This document shows positions 29,413 to 38,742 of a stretch of 64,000 bases of DNA, one piece after another. This DNA comes from an uncultured Gammaproteobacteria bacterium (GTDB lineage Bacteria > Patescibacteriota > Patescibacteriia > S139-126), in NCBI GenBank assembly GCA_964620905.1, contig CAZUKA010000002.1, positions 191,112-255,111 of the forward strand, written 5' to 3'. Within the stretch, counting starts at the first letter, position 1; the number at the start of each line of letters is the position of its first letter. The position numbers and the translations under genes were made by a program. The notes below the pieces were generated by a model, which saw nothing but the letters and a program-made list of their open reading frames with translations, did no database searches and was not told the DNA's origin.

Positions 29413-30843
29413 ATGAAAATAAACAATATTAAAACCGTAGATAAGATAGGTGAGCTAGTGCAATTGTCAGGTTGGGTGCATGTTATTCGTAAAATGGGAA
29501 AAATTACCTTTATTGACTTACGGGATCGGAGTGGTTTAGTGCAGGTAGTGTTTGTGCCAGCGGAACTTGATGATCAGTCACAGGAGTTGGTAAAACATTT
29601 AAAACCGGAAAGTGTGGTTGGAGTTAGCGGTTTGGTTCAGGCGCGAGGACAAAAACAAATCAATCCCAATTTATCCACCGGTACCATTGAAGTATTAGCT
29701 AAAAAATTGGAATTTTTTTCTCATTCACTAACCCCGCCGTTTGAGATTGTCAATGAAGACAGACAAGCCAATGAAGAATTACGACTTAAATATCGCTATC
29801 TTGATTTACGTCACGAACGGATGCGTCGTAATTTAGAAATGAGATCAGCTATGATGCAGTTTACCCGTGATTATTTAATTAATCAGGGGTTTGTGGAAGT
29901 TCATACACCAATTTTATCAAAATCAACTCCAGAAGGAGCTCGCGATTATTTGGTGCCATCACGCAAATTTCCTGGCAGTTTTTTTGCTTTGCCTCAAGCA
30001 CCACAACAGTATAAACAGTTGTTGATGGTAGCTGGGATAGAAAAATATTTTCAGATCGCCCCTTGTTTTCGTGATGAAGATGCCAGGGCCGATCGTAGTC
30101 CAGGTGAGTTTTATCAGATTGATATGGAGATGAGTTTTATGGATCAAACGGAAATTTTACAGTTGGTAGAGGATATGTTCACCAGTATGATTGCCAAGTT
30201 GTGGCCTAACAAAAAAATGACTTTTTCCCCTTGGCCACGATTAGAATGGTCAGAGGTGATGGCAAAATATGGTACAGATAAGCCGGATTTACGACAGGAT
30301 AAAAATAATCCGGATGAATTGGCATTTTGTTATGTAGTTAATTTTCCTTTGTTTGAAAAACAGTCACCTAATCGTAATACCGAGGAATATTTTCACGGCT
30401 CTAGCGGTACTTGGGCACCATCCCATAATATGTTTACTCGTCCCAAAGACGAAGATTTGCCATTGTTGGATACTGATCCGGGAACAGTTAAGTCCTATCA
30501 GCACGACCTAGTTTTAAACGGTATTGAAGTTGGGGGCGGCGCTTTGCGAATCTATGATCCCCAAGTGCAAGAGAAAGTATTTGAGTTGATTGGTTTCGAT
30601 GAAGCACAAAAACAGCAGTTTAAACACATTTTGGAAGCTTTTACTTATGGTGTACCGCCCCACGGTGGTATGGCCCCAGGCTTTGATCGGTTATTGGCGA
30701 TTTTGCAAAATGAGAAATCAATTCGTGAAGTAATTGCATTTCCACTTACGGCTGATGCTCGTGATCCAATGATGGATTCACCCAGTCAGGTAACCAAAGA
30801 ACAGTTAGATGAACTGGGTATAGACATTAAAAAGAAGAAATAA
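29413..30843 (+). CDS. aspS: aspartyl-tRNA synthetase, bacterial-type motifs but GAD-less (476 aa)
   Basis: LPQAPQQYKQLLMVAGIEKYFQIAPCFRDEDARADRSPGEF (motif 2) and GGGALRIYD (motif 3); only about 135 aa between them. Confidence 0.85.
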   Translation: MKINNIKTVDKIGELVQLSGWVHVIRKMGKITFIDLRDRSGLVQVVFVPAELDDQSQELVKHLKPESVVGVSGLVQARGQKQINPNLSTGTIEVLAKKLEFFSHSLTPPFEIVNEDRQANEELRLKYRYLDLRHERMRRNLEMRSAMMQFTRDYLINQGFVEVHTPILSKSTPEGARDYLVPSRKFPGSFFALPQAPQQYKQLLMVAGIEKYFQIAPCFRDEDARADRSPGEFYQIDMEMSFMDQTEILQLVEDMFTSMIAKLWPNKKMTFSPWPRLEWSEVMAKYGTDKPDLRQDKNNPDELAFCYVVNFPLFEKQSPNRNTEEYFHGSSGTWAPSHNMFTRPKDEDLPLLDTDPGTVKSYQHDLVLNGIEVGGGALRIYDPQVQEKVFELIGFDEAQKQQFKHILEAFTYGVPPHGGMAPGFDRLLAILQNEKSIREVIAFPLTADARDPMMDSPSQVTKEQLDELGIDIKKKK

Positions 30844-30870
30844 TATCTCGTGGTTGTTTTGGATAAAAAA

Positions 30871-30892
30871 ATACCGTCAGTAATGACGGTAT
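30871..30892. terminator. bidirectional terminator between aspS(+) and the HIT gene(-)
   Basis: AAAAAAATACCGTC-agtaat-GACGGTATTT. Confidence 0.6.
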
Positions 30893-30898
30893 TTGTAT

Positions 30899-31390
30899 TT
30901 AGAAAATAAATTTTTCCATAATACTGGCCAAGGCAACCTGGAGTTTTTTTGAAATATAAATAATTTCATCATTGGACAAGAAGCTTTTTTTATTTTTTGC
31001 CAGTTCAAAAATTTTCGGACCCTTATATTCTGTTAGTAGGTTTTTTATGGGTATGATATGCCAATGAATGTGTTCAAAACCAATTTTTTCAGAAAATTGG
31101 CAAACATATTCTTTATCAGGATTGAATTCCAACTTAAGTAAGTTGATTATTTCTTTCAACAAAATACTAAATTCAAACCATTCTTCATCATTGAGTTTAT
31201 CTAAAGACGTACAATGTCTGTTTAATATTAAAACTACCCAACCGAGAAGAGGTGATTGATCCTTATGTTTCAACGTCCAGTAGGTAGTTTTTAAAATTGT
31301 TCGGTCAGAATTTATTTTATTGATCTCTGTCAATGATAAACAGCTCAAACATTTATTCTCCACTATTTTATTCTCCTTTTTAATTAACAA
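30899..31390 (-). CDS. HIT-family hydrolase
   Basis: N-terminal CLSC and C-terminal histidine triad EHIHWHIIP. Confidence 0.6.
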   Translation of the reverse strand: MLIKKENKIVENKCLSCLSLTEINKINSDRTILKTTYWTLKHKDQSPLLGWVVLILNRHCTSLDKLNDEEWFEFSILLKEIINLLKLEFNPDKEYVCQFSEKIGFEHIHWHIIPIKNLLTEYKGPKIFELAKNKKSFLSNDEIIYISKKLQVALASIMEKFIF

Positions 31391-31464
31391 AATTAAAATA
31401 GATTAACAATTTTTTACCAATTTGTCAATATGACTTTTCTAGAACTTTTGTTTATAATTAGGTT

Positions 31465-31785
31465 ATGAAGCTGTCAAGTTTACAAAGGTTTATTTTGAAA
31501 AAAGTTTATTTAAACGGGCGAATAAAAGTTGCCAGGCAAGTATTTATTGCTTATTATGAACATCAAAAAAATCCACCGCAACCAAAAATACAGGTTAGTA
31601 TTATTACCCAAAGTTTAGAACGGTTAATTGATAAAGGACTAGTGATTGGTTTTGGTCGTAAAACTCAAGAGAAGTTGTTTATTGATACCGTGCAGCTAAC
31701 TGCCACAGGGAAAAAAGTTGCCAAAAAAGTAGTAGGACAACAAATTTCTTTACCTTTTCCCACCCGATCGAAAATAAAAAAATAA
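31465..31785 (+). CDS. hypothetical protein (106 aa)
   Basis: Complete ORF, basic C-terminus, possible winged helix. Confidence 0.3.
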   Translation: MKLSSLQRFILKKVYLNGRIKVARQVFIAYYEHQKNPPQPKIQVSIITQSLERLIDKGLVIGFGRKTQEKLFIDTVQLTATGKKVAKKVVGQQISLPFPTRSKIKK

Positions 31786-31803
31786 TTATTAACCACTAAA
31801 CAT

Positions 31804-32355
31804 ATGATTCCACAAAAAGTTATAAACTATTTAGAAAAAAACAGTGTTAAATTTGAACCAATTTCTCATCGGCAGGTTTACACCGCACATGATTTAGCTA
31901 TGACACTACACATTCAGCATGCTGAAATTGCTAAAAGTTTATTGATGAAGGCAGACAACAATTATATTTTGGCGGTAATACCGGCTGATAAAAATTTAGA
32001 TATGAAAAAGTTGGCAAAATTGGCTATGGTGAAAAATATTGCCATGCCCAAAGAAAAAGTGATGACTGAAAGATTTAAAGTCAAACCGGGGGCACTACCG
32101 GCTTTCGGGGGTTTATATAAGTTATCGGTTTATGTTGATAGATTGATTTTAAAACAAAAAAAGATTTTATTGTCATCGGGTAGTTTCGTGGATAGTATTA
32201 TTATGAAACCCAGTGATTATATGAAATTGGAACAGGCAATAACAGGTAGTTTCTCAGTCAGTAAAAAATTCAAAAAACCAACCATTGCTAAACCCGGACG
32301 AAAAGTAAAAGTGAAAAAAACAACTAAGAAAGCCAAAAGTAAAAGTCAACGGTAA
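31804..32355 (+). CDS. YbaK/ProX-like aminoacyl-tRNA deacylase domain protein with Lys-rich tail
   Basis: KSLLMKADNNYILAVIPADKNLDMKKLAKL...GALPAFGG aligns with the YbaK core. Confidence 0.5.
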   Translation: MIPQKVINYLEKNSVKFEPISHRQVYTAHDLAMTLHIQHAEIAKSLLMKADNNYILAVIPADKNLDMKKLAKLAMVKNIAMPKEKVMTERFKVKPGALPAFGGLYKLSVYVDRLILKQKKILLSSGSFVDSIIMKPSDYMKLEQAITGSFSVSKKFKKPTIAKPGRKVKVKKTTKKAKSKSQR

Positions 32356-32526
32356 AAGCTAATTTTAATTTTAGAATTGTTTAAAATAGCAGAATATTCT
32401 GACAGGGTTTTTTATTGTCTAAATCAAGCAAACAAACTTTTAAAATTTCAGAAAATATGATAAAATAAATTTAGTTTCCCCGTGCTGAAATTAGTGAAAA
32501 TTGGCTAATTTTAGCCAATTTTATTT

Positions 32527-33240
32527 ATGACCGAAAAACAAATAAAATTAGAACAATTTGAAGGCCCATTGGGCTTACTTTTGGAATTGATAGAACAAGA
32601 ACAGCTTGATATTACTGATTTATCGTTGGCAAAAGTAACTGATCAATATATTGCTATTTTGGAAGCACAAACCGAATTACACCCTGAAGAAATTGCTGAT
32701 TTTCTATTGGTTGCGGCTAAACTTTTATATTTAAAATCCAAAATATTTTCTCCGGACTATTTTACCACTGTCCCTGAGACAGAAGAAACTGATTTAGCGC
32801 GCCAACTGCGTTTATATCAAACTTATTTGCAGGTAGCTAAACAATTACAGAAACGTTGGCGCAGTGATAGTTATTTTTATTCACGACTCAAACCTTGGCG
32901 CTGGCCACAAAAAAAATTTATTGCCCCCATTGGCTTACAAGCAGCTGATTTGGTTGTTTTAATGCAAGACGTCTTGGCACAGTTGGCACCGATTGCTCGT
33001 ATAAAAATTAAGAAGATTAAAAATGTCATTAGTATTAAAGAGAAAATAGAACAAATAAAAAATTTTATTTTCAGCCGTCAGTCGTTTGCTTGGAATGAGT
33101 TGGTCGGTAAAACAGTTACTAAAACGGAAAGAATAGTAAGCTTTTTGGCGATTCTGGAATTAGTCAAACAACGCGAAGTTGCTGTTTATCAAGAAACAAT
33201 TTTTGCCAATTTTACTATTAGTAAAAACAATAAAGATTAA
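32527..33240 (+). CDS. scpA: segregation and condensation protein A
   Basis: FEGPLGLLLELIEQEQLDITDLSLAKVTDQY is the ScpA N-terminal signature. Confidence 0.8.
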   Translation: MTEKQIKLEQFEGPLGLLLELIEQEQLDITDLSLAKVTDQYIAILEAQTELHPEEIADFLLVAAKLLYLKSKIFSPDYFTTVPETEETDLARQLRLYQTYLQVAKQLQKRWRSDSYFYSRLKPWRWPQKKFIAPIGLQAADLVVLMQDVLAQLAPIARIKIKKIKNVISIKEKIEQIKNFIFSRQSFAWNELVGKTVTKTERIVSFLAILELVKQREVAVYQETIFANFTISKNNKD

Positions 33241-33242
33241 TT

Positions 33243-33833
33243 ATGGCTAAAAACGAACATTTATTGAGAATTCAAACTATATTACTTTTGTCGCATAAAC
33301 CAGTACGATTTAAAGAACTAGCTGAGGTGTTAGGTGTTGACAGTGGGCAAGTTAAACAATATTTGAACGAATTGCGAACACAATTTAATACCCCGGATTC
33401 TGGTTGGTGGGTAGTAGAAAATAATGACGCAGTGCAGTTGGTAACCAATCCATCACAGGCTGATTTTATTGAAAGTTATTTGGAAGTAGAACAGATGTCA
33501 GATTTAACTCGTCCTGCCTTAGAAGCTTTAACTATCATTTCTTACAACGGTCCAATCGCTAAATCAACTCTGGATCGTATTCGGGGAGTTAATTGTGCTT
33601 TGATTTTACGTAATTTGATGATTAAGGGTTTAATTGAAGAAGTCACCAGCAATGGCGAAAAAAAATATCAGGTGACTATGGATTTTCTCAAACATTTAGG
33701 CCTAGCTGATATTGGTGAATTACCCGAGTATGACAAATTTCATCAGCACGAGTTTATTCAAACCATTGCTCAGTCAACTGCTGAAGATTTTGATGACCAC
33801 AACTTAGATAATAATAACACTGACAAAAATTAG
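33243..33833 (+). CDS. scpB: segregation and condensation protein B
   Basis: Tandem winged helices, ALEALTIISYNGPIAKSTLDRIRGV. Confidence 0.8.
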   Translation: MAKNEHLLRIQTILLLSHKPVRFKELAEVLGVDSGQVKQYLNELRTQFNTPDSGWWVVENNDAVQLVTNPSQADFIESYLEVEQMSDLTRPALEALTIISYNGPIAKSTLDRIRGVNCALILRNLMIKGLIEEVTSNGEKKYQVTMDFLKHLGLADIGELPEYDKFHQHEFIQTIAQSTAEDFDDHNLDNNNTDKN

Positions 33834-33835
33834 TT

Positions 33836-34699
33836 ATGTGGCAATTTCTAACGGTCTTATTATTAGGAGGATTATTAATTGCTCCTGGACAAGATCAGTT
33901 GATTCTGAATAGTGATAATAATTTACCCTGGCGCGATTTTTCTAATCGTAGTACTGGTGTAGCAATAACCGCTCGTTCGGCTTTGGTAGTAGATAAAGAA
34001 ACTGATCAGATTTTATATAGTCAGGCAGCTGATCAGATTTCACCCCTGGCTAGTATTACCAAGTTGATGACCGCAATAGTTTTTTTGCAAACTAGTCCTG
34101 ATTGGCAAGCCACAGTTACTATGGAACCGCGAGACGAGGTTTATCGACCAAAATATGTTTACCGCGGCGAAGAGATTAGTGTACAGGATTTGTTTTGGAC
34201 CATGTTGATTGGTTCTGATAATAATGCCGCTGTCGCGTTGGTTCGTTCGACCGGTTTGACCATTGATGAATTTGTGAAAAAAATGAATGAGCAGGCAGCT
34301 ATTTTTGGTTTAGAAAATACCACCTTTGTCGACCCAACCGGTTTGTCAGCAGAAAATTTATCAACCGCCTATGATGTTTGGCGCCTAGCCAAAACTGCCT
34401 GGCAGTATGAGGAAATTTCACAACCTACTGCTCGTAATGATTTTTTGTTGACAGTGCAAAACACCAACAGTGTCCGTAGTGTCATCAACACGAATAAGTT
34501 GTTAGACAGTTTTTTGCATGTTTTGGCTGGTAAAACTGGATATATTGATGAGGCGGGTTATTGTTTGGTGGCTTTGGTGAATAGCGAACAGAACAACCAA
34601 ATTATTACTATTGTAATGGGTAGTAAAAGTGAAGCTGATCGTTGGCAGGATGCTAAGGCTTTGGCTTGGTGGGTATTTTCCAATTGGCAGTGGCGTTAG
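33836..34699 (+). CDS. D-alanyl-D-alanine carboxypeptidase (S11, PBP5-like)
   Basis: SITK (SxxK), SDN, KTG active-site triad motifs. Confidence 0.75.
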   Translation: MWQFLTVLLLGGLLIAPGQDQLILNSDNNLPWRDFSNRSTGVAITARSALVVDKETDQILYSQAADQISPLASITKLMTAIVFLQTSPDWQATVTMEPRDEVYRPKYVYRGEEISVQDLFWTMLIGSDNNAAVALVRSTGLTIDEFVKKMNEQAAIFGLENTTFVDPTGLSAENLSTAYDVWRLAKTAWQYEEISQPTARNDFLLTVQNTNSVRSVINTNKLLDSFLHVLAGKTGYIDEAGYCLVALVNSEQNNQIITIVMGSKSEADRWQDAKALAWWVFSNWQWR

Positions 34700-34748
34700 G
34701 TTGCCTTTTTGACTTTAATTTATTAAACTATCATTGTTATAAAAATCG

Positions 34749-35513
34749 ATGAAATATCTTATAGCTAATTGGAAGATGAATCTGACAGCGGCTGAAGGGC
34801 AGACGCACGTCAGAAAAATTTTGAAAAATATCACCCCTTATTTAGACCAGGTTAAAACTGTAGTTTGTCCTAGTTTTGTGGCTTTAGCAAAAATAGCTGA
34901 GATTATTGCTAATACCAATGTTTCTTTGGGCGCACAAAACAGTTTTTGGATGGAAAATGGTAGTTTTACCGGTGAAGTCTCACCAACTATGCTCAAAGAA
35001 TTTGGAGTTGAATATGTAATAATTGGTCATTCAGAAAGAAGACAGAATTTGCAAGAAACAGAGGAAATAATCAATAAAAAAATGCAAGCAGTTTTACGTG
35101 CTGGCTTGATTCCCATTTTATGTGTAGGTGAGACTTTTTCTGAAAGGCAGTTGGGACGAAAAGATTTTGTACTGGCTGGCCAAGTGGAAAGTGCTTTAAA
35201 AAATATTCAGTTGCAAAATAAAAAAATATTGATTGCTTACGAACCAGTTTGGGTAATTGGTAGTGGTCAAGCAGTAAAAATTGATGATGCGGAACATGCT
35301 GCTCGGGTAATCAAGCAAGTGGTGATGGATTTATATTCTGATTTGGAGGTTAAAGACATGGTTCAGGTGATTTATGGTGGTAGTGTAGAGGCAAAAAATA
35401 TTGTGCCTTTTATTTCTTCAACTTTATTGGCTGGAGTTTTGGTCGGTGGGGCAAGTTTGGACGTTGATGAGTTTAGCCAATTGGCTAAATTGATGGCTGA
35501 AATTAAAATTTAA
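34749..35513 (+). CDS. tpiA: triosephosphate isomerase
   Basis: ANWKMN, IGHSERR, and the AYEPVWVIGSG catalytic-Glu region. Confidence 0.9.
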   Translation: MKYLIANWKMNLTAAEGQTHVRKILKNITPYLDQVKTVVCPSFVALAKIAEIIANTNVSLGAQNSFWMENGSFTGEVSPTMLKEFGVEYVIIGHSERRQNLQETEEIINKKMQAVLRAGLIPILCVGETFSERQLGRKDFVLAGQVESALKNIQLQNKKILIAYEPVWVIGSGQAVKIDDAEHAARVIKQVVMDLYSDLEVKDMVQVIYGGSVEAKNIVPFISSTLLAGVLVGGASLDVDEFSQLAKLMAEIKI

Positions 35514-35517
35514 CATT

Positions 35518-36375
35518 ATGTTAGTTCACATCAAGGAAATAATAAACAAAGCAGTAGACGGAAAATATTGTGTTGGTGCTTATAATATTCACAATCTAGA
35601 AACGGCGCTGGCTGTAGTGCAAGCGGCAGCAGCCATGAAATCCCCGGCTATTATTCAGGTATCAGAAAGCGCGGCTAAATATATGGGACTTCAAACAGTT
35701 TATCGGTTAGTGGAAAGTTTAGCCGAGACAGTTGGTGCGGAAGTGCCCTTGGCGATACATTTGGATCACGGAAAAAATATTGATTTTCTTTTTGCTTGTC
35801 TAAATGTCGGTTTTCAATCAGTTCATATGGATGGTTCTGATTTACCATTGGCAGAAAATATTTCCTTGACTAAGCAGGCGGTAGATTTTGCCCATCAGCG
35901 AGGTGTTTGGGTACAAGGCGAAGTAGGTGCGCTGTTGGGTGGTCATGGAGCAAGTGGGAGATTAGACAAAGACATTCCTTTAGCTGATCCGCTGGAGGTA
36001 AAAAAATTTGTTGCCGCTACCGGTGTAGATACAATCGCTGCAGCTATCGGCACGGCTCACGGCAGTTGGCAGGAAGAAAATATCAATTTAGATTTATTGA
36101 CCGCGATAAAACAAGAAATTGGTGCTATCCCCTTTGTTTTACATGGCGGCAGTGGTAATGATGAAAATTTACTTAGCCAAGCAATTCGTTTGGGAGTCAA
36201 TATTATCAATATCGGTACAGATATAAAAATTGGTTTTACTCAGACAGTGATCAAACAAGCCCAAACCAATCCAACCGAAACCGATCCGAGAAAATTACTT
36301 TCTCCAGCAATCACCGTCGTGCAAGATTTAGTAATGGCTAAGATGAAACTGTTTGGTAGTGTAGATAAAGCTTAA
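35518..36375 (+). CDS. fba: class II fructose-bisphosphate aldolase
   Basis: AYNIHNLE, LDHG, HGGSG motifs. Confidence 0.85.
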   Translation: MLVHIKEIINKAVDGKYCVGAYNIHNLETALAVVQAAAAMKSPAIIQVSESAAKYMGLQTVYRLVESLAETVGAEVPLAIHLDHGKNIDFLFACLNVGFQSVHMDGSDLPLAENISLTKQAVDFAHQRGVWVQGEVGALLGGHGASGRLDKDIPLADPLEVKKFVAATGVDTIAAAIGTAHGSWQEENINLDLLTAIKQEIGAIPFVLHGGSGNDENLLSQAIRLGVNIINIGTDIKIGFTQTVIKQAQTNPTETDPRKLLSPAITVVQDLVMAKMKLFGSVDKA

Positions 36376-36387
36376 TTTTAAATATTT

Positions 36388-37287
36388 ATGTTGTGGTACG
36401 AAATCGTTTTAGCGTTGGTAGCTATTGTTTCTTTGGCAGGAGTATTGATTTTATTGATCAAAAAATTTCCTTTGGCAGCTAGAGTAGATGTACAAAATTT
36501 AAGTGAAACCAAACAATCAGTCACAAAAAAATATGTATTGGACCAGCGTTTACGGCGTTTGCTTTTGGAAAATACAAAAATATTTCGTGCCCAGATTAAA
36601 AAATTATTTAAAACTTTAAAAAATATTTTAGTAAGTTTGTATAATGATTTATTGGACAAAGAAAAACAACTTCTCAACAAGCGTCGTCAAGCACGATCAG
36701 CAGCTACAGTCGGGATGAATTCTTTGCAACAACGACTAGATAATTTATTGACTCAGGCTGGGGAACATCTTAAAAAAGACGAATTTTCTGAGGCTGAAAA
36801 AAATTTTTTGGAAGTAATTTCACTTGACCCTAAAAACATAGCCGCCTTTGAGGGGTTAGGTGATATGTATTTGAATTTGAAAAAGTATAATGAAGCCAAG
36901 GAAGTTTTTGAATATTTATTGAAATTAAGTAGTGCCGAGTCTCATTTTCATGATAAATTGGGCCAAGTAGCCAAAGCGCAAGGTCACTTGCAGGAAGCCG
37001 AGGCGCAATTACGTTTATCTGTAGAAATGAGTAACCAAAATGCTAGCTATTTGTATGATTTGGCTGAAGTTTTTGTATTGGAAGGTGAGTATGATCAGGC
37101 TGTAGTTTATTTTGAAAAAGCTTTAAGTCTAGAACCAAAAAATCCAAAATATCTTGACGCCCTTTTAAATATCAGTATAATAAGAAAGGACAAAGTTAGA
37201 GCCGTTCAAATTTTGAATGTATTGATGGAAGTAAATCCGGAAAATCAAAAAATTTCTGAGTGGCAGGAACAAATTGATAATCTTTGA
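36388..37287 (+). CDS. membrane-anchored TPR-repeat protein
   Basis: N-terminal TM then about 4 TPR units (AFEGLGDMYLNL, AKEVFEYLLKL...). Confidence 0.5.
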   Translation: MLWYEIVLALVAIVSLAGVLILLIKKFPLAARVDVQNLSETKQSVTKKYVLDQRLRRLLLENTKIFRAQIKKLFKTLKNILVSLYNDLLDKEKQLLNKRRQARSAATVGMNSLQQRLDNLLTQAGEHLKKDEFSEAEKNFLEVISLDPKNIAAFEGLGDMYLNLKKYNEAKEVFEYLLKLSSAESHFHDKLGQVAKAQGHLQEAEAQLRLSVEMSNQNASYLYDLAEVFVLEGEYDQAVVYFEKALSLEPKNPKYLDALLNISIIRKDKVRAVQILNVLMEVNPENQKISEWQEQIDNL

Positions 37288-37366
37288 AGATCGAGTCTTG
37301 AATCTTGAGTATTGAATTTATAAAATTTATTCAAAATTCAATATTCTATATTTTAGGTTCTATTTA

Positions 37367-37442
37367 GCCGATGTAGCTCAGTTGGTAGAGCAACTCCATG
37401 GTAAGGAGTAGGTCCGCAGTTCAAATCTGCGCATCGGCTCCA
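37367..37442 (+). tRNA. tRNA-Thr (anticodon GGT)
   Basis: Acceptor GCCGATG/CATCGGC, anticodon stem ACTCC/GGAGT, loop ATGGTAA, CCA encoded. Confidence 0.8.
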
Positions 37443-37580
37443 TTTGTTTATTTGGTTAGATTTTGGTCTAGAATGCTTTATTTATATTTTACCCCGCCCT
37501 TAGTGAAGGCGGGGTTTACACTTGAAATTTAGTTTAAATAATGTTATATTGTGATGGCTTATTTAAAAATATATCAATTC

Positions 37581-37666
37581 GGGTGGATACCGAAGTGGTC
37601 AAACGGGGCAGACTGTAAATCTGCTGGCTTACGCCTTCGTAGGTTCGATCCCTACTCCACCCACCA
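37581..37666 (+). tRNA. tRNA-Tyr (anticodon GTA), long variable arm
   Basis: Acceptor GGGTGGA/TCCACCC, anticodon loop CTGTAAA, 15-nt variable arm, 86 nt. Confidence 0.8.
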
Positions 37667-37667
37667 A

Positions 37668-37742
37668 GCCGAGATAGCTCAATGGTAGAGCAACGGTTTT
37701 GTAAACCGTAGGTTGGGGGTTCAATTCCTCTTCTCGGCTCCA
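37668..37742 (+). tRNA. tRNA-Thr (anticodon TGT)
   Basis: Acceptor GCCGAGA/TCTCGGC, anticodon stem ACGGT/ACCGT, loop TTTGTAA; 1 nt after tRNA-Tyr. Confidence 0.8.
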
Positions 37743-37772
37743 GATTAGTTAAAAAATAAATTTATAAAAAAT

Positions 37773-37928
37773 ATGTCACAGGACAATTTGATTAAATTGG
37801 AATGCACCCAGTGTCATCATGTTAATTACCATTCGCACAAAAATAAAAAAACTTTGAAAGCGCGTTTGGAAATAAAAAAACACTGTCGCTGGTGTAAAAA
37901 ACACACCACCCATAAAGAAACTAAATAA
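37773..37928 (+). CDS. rpmG: 50S ribosomal protein L33, Cys4 zinc form; absent from the ORF track
   Basis: 51 aa MSQDNLIKLECTQCHHVNYHSHKNKKTLKARLEIKKHCRWCKKHTTHKETK translated by hand; L33 fold with CxxC...CxxC. Confidence 0.8.
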   Translation: MSQDNLIKLECTQCHHVNYHSHKNKKTLKARLEIKKHCRWCKKHTTHKETK

Positions 37929-37934
37929 TTTTTT

Positions 37935-38363
37935 ATGAATAAATATTTGTTTTTATTTACCGTTTTCACCACCTTGAGTTTAACCGGTTGTTTTTCTCTG
38001 CAGAAATTGGATCAGCAAGTCTTGGAAAAAAACCAGCAACTAGCAGATAAAGTTCAGCAGGAATTGGGTGAGGAAATTGCTGTACAGCAAGAACAAATAA
38101 AAGATAGAACCAAAGAAGTAGTTAAAACCGGAGCAGAAAAAACAATCTCTTTTATCGCTAAATCTTTGACCGATAGTGTGAAAGAAGAAATTGATCAATG
38201 GTTAGAAAGAAATGGTTTAAATCAGTACGGTGATCCCAAAGAGACCATGTATGCTGGCGGTACACCGTTATTTGACGAAACATCTGGTCAAACTAAGGAT
38301 AAATATGAATATATTTTAGAAAAAAATCCTGAGTTGATTGATGAATTAAATTTAGGTAAATAA
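37935..38363 (+). CDS. lipoprotein, coiled-coil/hypothetical
   Basis: Lipobox LTGC at residue 19. Confidence 0.4.
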   Translation: MNKYLFLFTVFTTLSLTGCFSLQKLDQQVLEKNQQLADKVQQELGEEIAVQQEQIKDRTKEVVKTGAEKTISFIAKSLTDSVKEEIDQWLERNGLNQYGDPKETMYAGGTPLFDETSGQTKDKYEYILEKNPELIDELNLGK

Positions 38364-38459
38364 TCAATTATTTTTCCTGAAAATAATATACAAAAATAAT
38401 CTATCGTCGCTTAACATGCTTTATTAAAAAGATTAGGATTAAAATAAATTATTGTTGCT

Positions 38460-38534
38460 GGGGGCGTGGTGTCAATGGTAGCATGACGGTCTCCAAAACC
38501 GTTGGTTCGGGTTCAAATCCTGACGCCCCTGCCA
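38460..38534 (+). tRNA. tRNA-Trp (anticodon CCA)
   Basis: Acceptor GGGGGCG/CGCCCCT with G1-T72 wobble, anticodon stem ACGGT/ACCGT, loop CTCCAAA; closely resembles E. coli tRNA-Trp. Confidence 0.75.
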
Positions 38535-38742
38535 AAAATAATTTATTGAGGATCTCTACAAGCCCTGCACGTAGTTCGGGACAAAAATCCTGATACCTTT
38601 GCATAGATAGTGGAAAATAGGTCACCCACTCGCTGCTTTGGCGGGTTAAAAATTTTCAATAGGTAACCGATGTAAATAACCCACCAAAATTATGATGAGT
38701 TTTTATTTTCTTACTAATGAGTGGTTGAGGAAATAATTTAAA

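Noticed and set aside
22023-31259. Shadow ORFs 22023-22448, 22222-22467, 24290-24631, 24965-25159, 26771-26983, 27415-27762, 27877-28098, 29959-30147, 31068-31259
   Set aside because: Antisense or out-of-frame inside confident genes; composition-driven.
37492-37520. Hairpin CCCCGCC-cttagtgaa-GGCGGGG between tRNA-Thr and tRNA-Tyr as a terminator
   Set aside because: The U-run after the stem is weak (TTTACACTT) and it sits inside a probable polycistronic tRNA transcript. More likely a processing or spacer structure, so not listed as a terminator.
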